A DNA stretch of 51,564 nucleotides from an uncultured Gammaproteobacteria bacterium (GCA_964343355.1 CAYFJC010000002.1:1-51564), one strand, 5' to 3'; shown: positions 20,026-28,748, numbered from the stretch's first letter. A program made the numbers and translations. Notes: a model not told the origin generated them from the letters alone.

Positions 20026-20602
20026 TTCCAAAGATCCTAATAAAAAAGATGGCAGGCTAGAAAGAAGTAAAAAAAGTCGAGATCTAATTATCCAAGCTAT
20101 GCGTGACCTTATTGATGAAGGTATCTTAAGCCCAACTGCCCAACAAGTTGCTGAAACTGCCCAAGTTGGAATTAGAACAGTTTTTCGCCATGCAATTGAT
20201 ATGGAGACACTTTTTAAGCAAATTGGGGAAACTAATGCCAAGCAAGGCAGCGCAATATTTCTACAAGCTGATAAAACAGGATCACTTGAACTAAGAATTA
20301 AAAATTTTCTTAAAATAAGAACAACTGGCTATGCAGAAATGCAGAATTTCATACTAGCTAATGCAGCTGCAAAATGGAAATACAAGTTTCTTGATCAACA
20401 ATATAAAGCTATCATAAAGAAATATAAACAAAATCTACATGAATGGTTTCCAGAGATCGCTAGCTTATCTAAAGAAAAACAAGAAATGATTCATGCCATA
20501 ACTTCCTTTGAATTTTGGTATAGATTGAGAGAGCATCAAAATATGTCAAATAAGAGTGCTAAAGATTTAATGGTAAATCAATTAAGATCATTATTAAAAT
20601 AA
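20018..20602 (+). CDS. TetR/AcrR family transcriptional regulator
   Basis: 194 aa. N-terminal HTH TAQQVAETAQVGIRTVFRH. The start overlaps the upstream hydroxylase gene by 8 nt. Confidence 0.85.
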   Translation: MGDSKDPNKKDGRLERSKKSRDLIIQAMRDLIDEGILSPTAQQVAETAQVGIRTVFRHAIDMETLFKQIGETNAKQGSAIFLQADKTGSLELRIKNFLKIRTTGYAEMQNFILANAAAKWKYKFLDQQYKAIIKKYKQNLHEWFPEIASLSKEKQEMIHAITSFEFWYRLREHQNMSNKSAKDLMVNQLRSLLK

Positions 20603-20630
20603 GTTATTTTTTCACGATATAATTAATTTC

Positions 20631-20657
20631 TATATGGCATATGTAATGCCATATAAT
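20631..20657. promoter_or_regulatory. Perfect 10-bp inverted repeat overlapping a TATAAT hexamer; candidate TetR operator/promoter, or alternatively a terminator hairpin
   Basis: tatatggcat (20631-20640) atgta atgccatata (20646-20655). TATAAT lies at 20652-20657, 25 nt upstream of the 20683 ATG. The Shine-Dalgarno sequence AAGGGGA lies in between. Confidence 0.4.
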
Positions 20658-20682
20658 TTTGAATACACTTTAAGGGGACAAT

Positions 20683-22479
20683 ATGAAAGAATTTATTAGA
20701 ATGCTAGGGGAGTTAAAATATATGATTCCTGTTCTTCGATATAAATGGCCTGATTTAGAGAGTAATACCTCTTTAGCTCACACCTTCCAGAATTCAACAA
20801 ATAAATTTGGAGAACGTCCTTTTGTATATTTTGAAGACGAGACTTGGACATATTCTCAGGCTAATAAAGCAGCCAATAGTTTTGCTAGATACCTTTCTCA
20901 AAATGGTGTAAAGCATGGTGACAGAGTTGTTCTGTTTATGGAAAATCGACCTTATTACACAATTTCACTTTTAGCTTTAAATAAATTAGGAGCCATAGGT
21001 GTTTTAATTAATACAAGTTTGACAGGAGATCCATTAATTCATTGTATTAATTCCTCTAATTCTACTAAGTGCATAGTAGGCGCAGAACGAGCTAATCCTT
21101 TACAAGAAGTTTTAGATCAAATTAATATTAAAGAAAAAGATAATTTCTTATGGGTTGAGGATACTGATGAGTATGTCTTACCTGAATGGGCAATAGATGT
21201 AAAAAATACTATAGATTTTACAGATGATGACAATTTAGAGGAAACTAATTTAGTTAAAGCTAAGGATGTTGCTTGTTATATATTCACTTCAGGCACAACA
21301 GGAGTCCCAAAAGCTGCAGTCTTACCTAATGCAAAACTTATAGCAGCTGCTACAAATATAACTCAGGCTGGATATAGAATTAATCATGAAGACTGCATGT
21401 ATAACTGCTTACCTTTATATCATTCAACCGGTTTAATGTTGGGTTTATGCGGCGCTATTCATGTTGGAGCAGCTTCATATATTAAAAGAAAATTTTCTGC
21501 TTCTTCTTTCTGGAAAGATGCGCATAAATACAATACAACAGCATTCGTCTATATTGGAGAGCTATGCAGGTATCTTGATAATCAAGATCCTTCGGAAGCA
21601 GAACTCAATAATCCAATAACTAGCATGGTGGGTAATGGACTGAGGCCTGATGTCTGGGATTCTTTTAAAGAAAGATTTGATGTAGATAGAATTATTGAGA
21701 TTTATGGTGCAAGTGAAGGAAATGCTTTATTTATGAATCTTTTTAATAAAAGTAAGACTATTGGCATGACAAGTGCTGATGTTGCTTTGCTGGAATATGA
21801 TGTGGCAGAAGATAAGATCCTTAAAACTGAAGACGGCTTTTCTAAAAAAACTTCCAATCATGAGCCTGGACTTTTAGTAATTGAGATTGGACCAAATGCA
21901 GTCTTTAATGGCTATACCGATAAAGCAGCTAGTGAAAAGAAAATTTTACGAAATGTTTTCAAGGAAGGAGATGCTTGGTTTAATACTGGTGATTTAATAA
22001 AAACAGTTGATGTTGGATTCGCTTTTGGAAAAGAGCATTATCAATTTGTAGACAGAGTAGGTGATACCTTTAGATGGAGATCAGAGAATGTTTCAACCAA
22101 TGAAGTTGGTGAAATTTTAAATGGTTATGCAGACGTAAATATGTCAAATGTATATGGTGTTGAAGTTCCTGGTTGTGAAGGTCGTGCTGGCATGGCTGCA
22201 TTTAGTCTTGAAGATGCCAAGGATTTTAATTGGACAGCATTCTCCAAACACGTTGAAAATAATCTACCAAAATATGCTCGACCAGTTTTTATCAGAATTA
22301 TTCAAGAAATGGATACCACTGGAACATTTAAGTTAAAAAAGAATGAATTACGAGAAGAGTCATTTAATTTAGATAAGTTTAATGATGTAGTCTATTGTTT
22401 AAAGCCTTCCTCAAGCACCTATGAAGCGCTTGATCAGGACTGGCTGCAAAAAATTAACTCATGTGAAGCAGGTTATTAA
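20683..22479 (+). CDS. FATP-type (very-)long-chain acyl-CoA synthetase
   Basis: 598 aa. AMP-binding motif YIFTSGTTGVPKAAV, plus the FATP/VLACS signature DRVGDTFRWRSENVST. Confidence 0.85.
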   Translation: MKEFIRMLGELKYMIPVLRYKWPDLESNTSLAHTFQNSTNKFGERPFVYFEDETWTYSQANKAANSFARYLSQNGVKHGDRVVLFMENRPYYTISLLALNKLGAIGVLINTSLTGDPLIHCINSSNSTKCIVGAERANPLQEVLDQINIKEKDNFLWVEDTDEYVLPEWAIDVKNTIDFTDDDNLEETNLVKAKDVACYIFTSGTTGVPKAAVLPNAKLIAAATNITQAGYRINHEDCMYNCLPLYHSTGLMLGLCGAIHVGAASYIKRKFSASSFWKDAHKYNTTAFVYIGELCRYLDNQDPSEAELNNPITSMVGNGLRPDVWDSFKERFDVDRIIEIYGASEGNALFMNLFNKSKTIGMTSADVALLEYDVAEDKILKTEDGFSKKTSNHEPGLLVIEIGPNAVFNGYTDKAASEKKILRNVFKEGDAWFNTGDLIKTVDVGFAFGKEHYQFVDRVGDTFRWRSENVSTNEVGEILNGYADVNMSNVYGVEVPGCEGRAGMAAFSLEDAKDFNWTAFSKHVENNLPKYARPVFIRIIQEMDTTGTFKLKKNELREESFNLDKFNDVVYCLKPSSSTYEALDQDWLQKINSCEAGY

Positions 22480-22505
22480 TAATAAGAATTTAAAAGGAGA
22501 ATCGA

Positions 22506-23672
22506 ATGAATGAAAGAAAATTTGATGTTGTTATCTATGGAGCTACAGGATTTACAGGAAAGCTAGTTGTTGAATATATGCTAAATGAATATGGAAATGA
22601 CAGTGGCATTTCATGGGCTATGGCAGGTAGAAGTCATGAAAAATTAATAGCAGTTCGAGATGATTTAGGTGTTTCAGAAGAAGTCCCTTTATTAATTGTT
22701 GATAGTAATGAAAAGTCTAGTATTGCCGATATGGTTAAACAAACTAAATGCGTTTTAACAACGGTTGGCCCTTATCAACTATATGGAGATGATGTTATTG
22801 GAGAATGTGCATCTCATGGCACTGATTATGTTGATTTGTGTGGAGAGCCCGGTTGGATGCATGAAATGATAGAAGCTCATAGCGAAGCTGCAAAAGCCTC
22901 AGGAGCAAGAATTATTTTTTCATGTGGGTTTGATAGCATTCCATTTGATTTAGGTGTTTTGTTTCTACAAAAAGAAGTGATTAAAAGATTTGGTATCCCT
23001 GCTGCAAATGTTAGAGGCAGAGTAAGAGCAATGAATGGTGAATTTTCTGGAGGAACGGCTGCTTCAATGACAGCGACTATGAGCTCATTAAAAAATAAAC
23101 CTGAACTAATTGCTGTTTTAACCAACCCTTTTGCATTATCTAATGGATTTACTGGACCTCAGCAACCAGCTGATAATAAACCAATCTTTGATGATAAATT
23201 AGAAACTTGGGTAGCTCCATTTTTTATGGCACCTATAAATACAAAAAATATTCATAGATCTAATTCCTTAATGGATCATTTGTATGGAAAAGATTTTTGC
23301 TATAACGAGATGTGGATTCAAGGACCGGGAGAAGAAGGTAAGGCTGCAGCAGATTTTATTTCAAGTATAAATCCTCTAGGAGATGCGCCTAAACCAGGGG
23401 AGGGGCCTTCAAGAGAATCTAGAGAAAATGGAAACTACGATGTTTTATTTTGTGCAGATGTTAATAATGAAAGTGTTCACGTGTCAGTTAAAGGTGATAT
23501 GGATCCAGGCTACGGATCAACGTCTAAAATGATTCTTGAGAGCGCACTTTGTTTAGTGCAAGATTGTTCAGAACTAGGGGGCGGCATATATACGCCAGCA
23601 CCTTCTATGGGAGTTAAATTAATTGACAGACTTCAAGCCAAGGCGGGACTTACCTTTAAAATAGAAGCTTAA
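22506..23672 (+). CDS. Saccharopine dehydrogenase-like NAD(P)-binding protein (trans-acting enoyl reductase-like)
   Basis: 388 aa. The N-terminal Rossmann motif VVIYGATGFTGKLV is typical of this family. Confidence 0.8.
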   Translation: MNERKFDVVIYGATGFTGKLVVEYMLNEYGNDSGISWAMAGRSHEKLIAVRDDLGVSEEVPLLIVDSNEKSSIADMVKQTKCVLTTVGPYQLYGDDVIGECASHGTDYVDLCGEPGWMHEMIEAHSEAAKASGARIIFSCGFDSIPFDLGVLFLQKEVIKRFGIPAANVRGRVRAMNGEFSGGTAASMTATMSSLKNKPELIAVLTNPFALSNGFTGPQQPADNKPIFDDKLETWVAPFFMAPINTKNIHRSNSLMDHLYGKDFCYNEMWIQGPGEEGKAAADFISSINPLGDAPKPGEGPSRESRENGNYDVLFCADVNNESVHVSVKGDMDPGYGSTSKMILESALCLVQDCSELGGGIYTPAPSMGVKLIDRLQAKAGLTFKIEA

Positions 23673-24094
23673 TGATTAAAGAGAATATTAAGAAATGGCA
23701 TGATCATACGCATGGAAATTTTCCAGGTGGGCTAGATGAGTTACTAGCTGATGATGTTATTTTTTACTCACCTGTTGTTTTTACACCCCAAAAAGGTAAA
23801 GACCTAACGAAGTTATATCTTATGGCTGCTGGAAATACTTTTGGTGGCGATGATGCAAAAGAAGCTGATGGCTTAAAAGAGTCTAGCTTTCACTATACAA
23901 AAGAGGTCCTTACTGGAAACCAGGCAATTCTTGAATTCGAGACCAAAATTGAAGGTAAATACATAAATGGAGTTGATATTATTACTTTTAATGATGAGGG
24001 CAAGATTTCAGAATTTAAAGTAATGATAAGACCATTACAAGCTGTAAATATTATTCATATGCAGATGCAAAGGATGCTAGAAGAATTAGCATAA
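23672..24094 (+). CDS. NTF2/SnoaL-like fold protein
   Basis: 140 aa. The size and the N-terminal pattern (WHDHTHG...LLADDVIFYSPV) fit SnoaL-like proteins. The start overlaps the upstream stop (taATG). Confidence 0.6.
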   Translation: MIKENIKKWHDHTHGNFPGGLDELLADDVIFYSPVVFTPQKGKDLTKLYLMAAGNTFGGDDAKEADGLKESSFHYTKEVLTGNQAILEFETKIEGKYINGVDIITFNDEGKISEFKVMIRPLQAVNIIHMQMQRMLEELA

Positions 24095-24444
24095 TGAGTA
24101 AATTTTTAATTTATCATAATCCTAGATGCAGCAAATCTAGACAAGCATTAAAAATTATTCAAGATAATAATTGTGAATACACTATTAAGTTATATTTAGA
24201 AGAGACTTTAACCATTAAAGAGATAGAAGATGTTCTTCTTAAACTAAAAATGGAGCCTAGAGCATTACTTCGTATAGGCGAAGAAGACTATAAATCAAAT
24301 AATTTAAATAATTTAGAACTTTCAGACCAAGATGTCATTAATTTCATGATTAAATTTCCAAAATTAATCGAAAGACCAATTATAATTAAGGGCATTGATG
24401 CAGTTTTAGGAAGACCTCCTGAAAATGTTAATAATTTAATTTAA
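24094..24444 (+). CDS. arsC: ArsC-family (glutaredoxin-type arsenate reductase / YffB-like) protein
   Basis: 116 aa. Catalytic Cys context IYHNPRCSKSRQAL. Arg residues sit in RALLR, LIERP and GRPPE at positions resembling the ArsC Arg triad. The start overlaps the upstream stop (taATG). Confidence 0.65.
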   Translation: MSKFLIYHNPRCSKSRQALKIIQDNNCEYTIKLYLEETLTIKEIEDVLLKLKMEPRALLRIGEEDYKSNNLNNLELSDQDVINFMIKFPKLIERPIIIKGIDAVLGRPPENVNNLI

Positions 24445-24459
24445 TCAAAATAATAATTT

Positions 24460-25749
24460 ATGACAATAGGATCTAATTTTAAATTACCTTGCGGTGTTAC
24501 CCTAAAGAATAGGCTTTGCAAAGCTGCCATGACTGAAGGTATTGCTGATTCAAATAATTTTGCAACACAAAGACATATTAATCTTTATAAAAAATGGTCT
24601 TCAGGTGGGGCAGGTATTCTTTTGTCTGGAAATGTTCAAGTTGACAGAAGATATCTCGAGGGCCCAGGAAATGTTGCTATAGAAAAAGATTCTTATCTCA
24701 ATCAAATAGATATGCTTAAAAAATGGGCTGAAGCAGGCACCAAAAATAATACACAATTTTGGATGCAAATAAGCCATGCTGGTAGACAGACACCTGGCGC
24801 AATAAATCCAAATCCTATTTCACCATCCTCAGTCCAGCTAAAAATTCCAGCTGCCAATTACGGTGTTCCAGTTCCTATGACGATTGATGACATAGAGGAT
24901 GTGATCAAAAGATTTATTTTTGTTGCTAAAATTGCAAAAGAATCTGGTTTTACCGGCATTCAATTGCATTCAGCGCATGGTTATTTACTTTCACAATTTC
25001 TTTCACCTGACATTAATTTAAGAGATGATGAGTGGGGTGGCTCAATCGAGAATCGATCCAGGCTGATGCTTCGCATTATTGAAGGGTGTCGTGCTGAATT
25101 AGGCGATGATTTCCCAATAGCTGTTAAATTAAATTCTACTGATTTTCAGAAAGGTGGCTTTAGCGATTTAGATTCAGTGAAAGTTGCAAAATTTTTAAAT
25201 GATGCAGGTGTTGATGTTATAGAGATATCAGGCGGTACTTATGAGCAACCAAGATTATTAGGTTTAGATAATTTAAGCGTCAACAAAGAGCGAAGTGAAG
25301 TTAGAAAGCCAAGCACTATCGCTAGAGAGGCATATTTTTTAAATTATGCAGAAAAAATACAAAAAGCTATAAATACTCCGCTAATGGTAACAGGTGGTTT
25401 TCGAACATCAGCAGGAATGAATGCGGCATTGAATTCTAAGGTATGCGATTTAATTGGAGTAGGAAGACCTTTATGTGCGCAGCCTTTAGTTTTAAATGAT
25501 CTGCTTGCAGGCACAATTCAAGAGCTTCCATCCTTTGAAAAAACACTTCAAATTGGAAGATGGTGGCTATCTCCAACAAGTCCATTTTTGATTATTCAAG
25601 CTCTTAATGCCTTTTCTCAACAAGCTTGGTTTTATATTCAAATCAAGAGAATGGCTGACAACCTTGCTCCAAATTTAAAGCTACCTATCTTCAAAGCATT
25701 TAAAGCAAATAAAAAGCTTGAAAAAGTAATGATAAAGGAATTAATATAG
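24460..25749 (+). CDS. Old Yellow Enzyme family NADH:flavin oxidoreductase
   Basis: 429 aa. It carries the OYE signature HSAHGYLLSQFLSP, plus N-terminal LKNRLCKAAMTEG. Confidence 0.85.
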   Translation: MTIGSNFKLPCGVTLKNRLCKAAMTEGIADSNNFATQRHINLYKKWSSGGAGILLSGNVQVDRRYLEGPGNVAIEKDSYLNQIDMLKKWAEAGTKNNTQFWMQISHAGRQTPGAINPNPISPSSVQLKIPAANYGVPVPMTIDDIEDVIKRFIFVAKIAKESGFTGIQLHSAHGYLLSQFLSPDINLRDDEWGGSIENRSRLMLRIIEGCRAELGDDFPIAVKLNSTDFQKGGFSDLDSVKVAKFLNDAGVDVIEISGGTYEQPRLLGLDNLSVNKERSEVRKPSTIAREAYFLNYAEKIQKAINTPLMVTGGFRTSAGMNAALNSKVCDLIGVGRPLCAQPLVLNDLLAGTIQELPSFEKTLQIGRWWLSPTSPFLIIQALNAFSQQAWFYIQIKRMADNLAPNLKLPIFKAFKANKKLEKVMIKELI

Positions 25750-25778
25750 CGATATTCACAGCATTAAAGAGTTAATTT

Positions 25779-26930
25779 ATGAGTATTGTTCACCCACCAG
25801 CAAATATTTCATTTGGTTCTAGAATTAGAAAATCACCATTTTATGATTCAACAAGAAAATATGGCGCTAAAGGTTTTACTATCTACAACCATATGTTTAT
25901 GCCCACGGTTTATACAAGCCCAGAAGAAGAATATTCTAGCCTAGTTAATGATGTGACTATGTGGGATGTTGCTGCTGAAAGACAAGTTGAGATAAATGGA
26001 CCAGATGCTTATGATTTTGTAAGAACTCTAACACCACGAAATCTTGAAAAATGTGAAATAGGACATTGTTTATATATTCTTTTGACTGGTGAAGATGGGG
26101 GAATTATTAATGATGCAGTTTTATTAAGAGTTAAGCCAGATCAGTTTTGGATCTCACCTGGAGATAGCGGGGTTCTGCTATGGATTCAGGGTGCTGCAAT
26201 TAATTCAGGTATGGACGTTAATGTATTTGAGCCTGATGTATCTCCTTTACAAATAGGTGGCCCAAAAGCTCATATGCTTATAGAAAAATTATTTGATGAA
26301 GATCATAAGAATGTTGGATTTTATAGAGCTAGAGAAACATCTTTGGAAGGCATTCCTCTTGTATTAGGAAGGACTGGATGGAGTGGGGAGATTAGTTACG
26401 AACTCTACCTTCGAGATCACAAGCTTGGAAATAAATTATGGGAATTGGTTCGAGAAGCTGGATTAGAATTCAATATAGTTCCTATAGCTCCAAATTCCAT
26501 TAGAAGTATAGAAGGAGGTTTACTATCCTATGCCTCAGACATACTAAGAGAGGACAGTCCTTTTACTATAGGCTTAGATAGATTAGTTGATACCAGTCAA
26601 TCTATTGAATTTATAGGCAAGGCAGCTTTAAAGAAAATAGAAGAAGAGGGCACTAAGAGAAAATTAGTAGGTGTAGTTATTGATGGAGATCCTATTAAAA
26701 GTCCACCTGAGCAATTTTGGCCAGTTCAAGATAATGATCTAAAAATAGGTCATATCTCAAGATGTATATTCTCACCAAGATTAAATAAAAATATAGGATT
26801 TGCCAACGTACCTGTTGAATTCAGCTATATTGATACTACTTTTTCTGTAGTAACTCCAAATGGTCTAAAAGAAGCTACCGTATGTAAATGGCCTTGGTTT
26901 CCTGCAGAGAGAATTAATAAAAAAACTTAA
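25779..26930 (+). CDS. GcvT-family aminomethyltransferase, DmdA-like (candidate DMSP demethylase)
   Basis: 383 aa. The blocks SRIRKSPFYD, FTIYNHMFMPTVY, WDVAAERQVEINGPDA, EPDVSPLQIGGPKA, IRSIEGGLLSY and IFSPRL resemble my recollection of DmdA better than canonical GcvT. The family call is firm; the DmdA call is tentative. Confidence 0.75.
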   Translation: MSIVHPPANISFGSRIRKSPFYDSTRKYGAKGFTIYNHMFMPTVYTSPEEEYSSLVNDVTMWDVAAERQVEINGPDAYDFVRTLTPRNLEKCEIGHCLYILLTGEDGGIINDAVLLRVKPDQFWISPGDSGVLLWIQGAAINSGMDVNVFEPDVSPLQIGGPKAHMLIEKLFDEDHKNVGFYRARETSLEGIPLVLGRTGWSGEISYELYLRDHKLGNKLWELVREAGLEFNIVPIAPNSIRSIEGGLLSYASDILREDSPFTIGLDRLVDTSQSIEFIGKAALKKIEEEGTKRKLVGVVIDGDPIKSPPEQFWPVQDNDLKIGHISRCIFSPRLNKNIGFANVPVEFSYIDTTFSVVTPNGLKEATVCKWPWFPAERINKKT

Positions 26931-26939
26931 AATAATATT

Positions 26940-27476
26940 ATGAATAAACTACTCTTACTTATCCTCCTTTCATCAACAGCATTTGCAGATAATTTGGTTA
27001 TTGAAGATTTTGAGAATAATAGAGCTCAATGGGACCCTGTTTCAGACCAAGTTATGGGCGGCTTGTCGGAAATAAAATTTTCACAATTAGCTGATGAAGA
27101 TATTAATTTTTATAGACTTGAAGGCGAGGTTAGTACTAAAAATAACGGAGGCTTCATTCAATTTAGATCAAGAGTTGACGCTGGTAATAATGATTTTGAA
27201 GGGGTAAGAATTAAAACAAGAGGAAATGGGGAAGTTTATGAAGTTCACCTTAGAACTCCAGCAACATTTCTTCCATGGCAATACTATAAAGCTACCTTTA
27301 CAGCTAATCAGGATTGGGAAACTCTAGATATCCCTTTTAGTTCTTTTCAACGAGTTGGACCTGCCTATGTATCCAAGAAAGTTAAATCTTCAAAGGTTAA
27401 CTGGATTGCTGTAGTTGCTTATGGAAAAGATTTTTATGCAGAAGTTGATTTAGCAAGAATCGAACTTTATAAATAA
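26940..27476 (+). CDS. Secreted CIA30-domain protein
   Basis: 178 aa. Signal peptide MNKLLLLILLSSTAFA and the CIA30 motif SDQVMGGLSE. Confidence 0.7.
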   Translation: MNKLLLLILLSSTAFADNLVIEDFENNRAQWDPVSDQVMGGLSEIKFSQLADEDINFYRLEGEVSTKNNGGFIQFRSRVDAGNNDFEGVRIKTRGNGEVYEVHLRTPATFLPWQYYKATFTANQDWETLDIPFSSFQRVGPAYVSKKVKSSKVNWIAVVAYGKDFYAEVDLARIELYK

Positions 27477-27481
27477 ATCCA

Positions 27482-27937
27482 ATGTTTTCTGACTCCGACC
27501 ATGCATTTATGCAGGAAGCTATTCAACTTGCAAAAGAGGCAGCGTTAGTTGATGAAGTCCCAGTTGGAGCAGTGATAACTCTAGATAATAAAATTATTGG
27601 TAGAGGTTTTAATCAAGTTATCTCAATGACTGATGTTACAGCGCATGCTGAAATTTTAGCTATAAAAGATGCCAGTCAAACCATACAAAACTACAGATTA
27701 AAAAATACATGTATCTATGTAACTTTAGAGCCATGCCACATGTGCGCTAAAGCTTTAATTGATGCAAGAGTATCGAGGCTAGTTTATTCTTCATTTGAAC
27801 CAAAAACTGGCGCTATTACTTCAATAGACAACCTTTACAATAAACCATTTAATCATAAGATACATTGTGAGCAAGGTCTCCTTGAGCAAGAAACAAGCAA
27901 AATATTAAAGAATTTTTTTAAAACAAAAAGAAATTAA
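27482..27937 (+). CDS. tadA: tRNA adenosine(34) deaminase
   Basis: 151 aa. The CDA zinc motifs HAEILAI and PCHMCAKAL are present. Confidence 0.9.
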   Translation: MFSDSDHAFMQEAIQLAKEAALVDEVPVGAVITLDNKIIGRGFNQVISMTDVTAHAEILAIKDASQTIQNYRLKNTCIYVTLEPCHMCAKALIDARVSRLVYSSFEPKTGAITSIDNLYNKPFNHKIHCEQGLLEQETSKILKNFFKTKRN

Positions 27938-28746
27938 CTATCTAATTCCACCCATACAGGACAATGGTCTGATGGCTTCTCCATTGCTCTAGCATCATGA
28001 TCTATTCCAACTGCCTTAATATTCCCAACAAGATTATCTGAAAGCATTATGTGATCAATTCTAAGGCCTCTCTTAGGATTATCATCAAACATCCTTGATC
28101 TATAGTCGAACCATGAGTAAATCGTCGATTCTTCGGGGTGAATGCAGCGCCAGGAGTCTTGAAAACCTAAATTTTTTATACTATTCCACATTTCACGCTC
28201 TTGAGGTTGAAATGATGTTTTACCATCTCTTAACCAACGCTTCATATTTGGTTCTCCAATACCGATATCGATATCTTCTGGAGCAACATTAAAATCACCC
28301 ATTACAACAAGATTCTTTTCCTTTTTTTGTAGCTTGCTTATATGTTTATGGAGATCGTCATAGTATTTTATTTTTTTAGGAAATTTACTTTCATGATGGA
28401 TGCTTTCTCCTTGAGGGAAATAACCATTCATAATAATAATCTCAGAACCATTAAAATCATAAGTGCATTGTATAAAACGCTTTTGATCTTCTTCTGTATC
28501 GTCTATAAAACCTTTTTGGGTTGCGATAGGTTTATTTTTACTGAGCAAGGCTACCCCATAATGGCCTTTTTGACCCCAATATTCAGGATGATATCCAATC
28601 TCTTCTATTACCTCTAAAGGAAAATCAGGATCATTTACTTTTGTCTCTTGTAAGCCTATAACATCAGGCTTAAGTACATCTCTTATGTACTCTAATTGAT
28701 GAGGTCTGGCCCTAATACTGTTTATATTAAAAGAAACTATCAGCAT
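27934..28746 (-). CDS. xthA: Exodeoxyribonuclease III
   Basis: 270 aa. EEP-fold motifs IGLQETK, GDFN and SDHCPVWVEL. The stop overlaps the tadA stop by 4 nt (ttaa). Confidence 0.9.
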   Translation of the reverse strand: MLIVSFNINSIRARPHQLEYIRDVLKPDVIGLQETKVNDPDFPLEVIEEIGYHPEYWGQKGHYGVALLSKNKPIATQKGFIDDTEEDQKRFIQCTYDFNGSEIIIMNGYFPQGESIHHESKFPKKIKYYDDLHKHISKLQKKEKNLVVMGDFNVAPEDIDIGIGEPNMKRWLRDGKTSFQPQEREMWNSIKNLGFQDSWRCIHPEESTIYSWFDYRSRMFDDNPKRGLRIDHIMLSDNLVGNIKAVGIDHDARAMEKPSDHCPVWVELDS

Positions 28747-28748
28747 AA

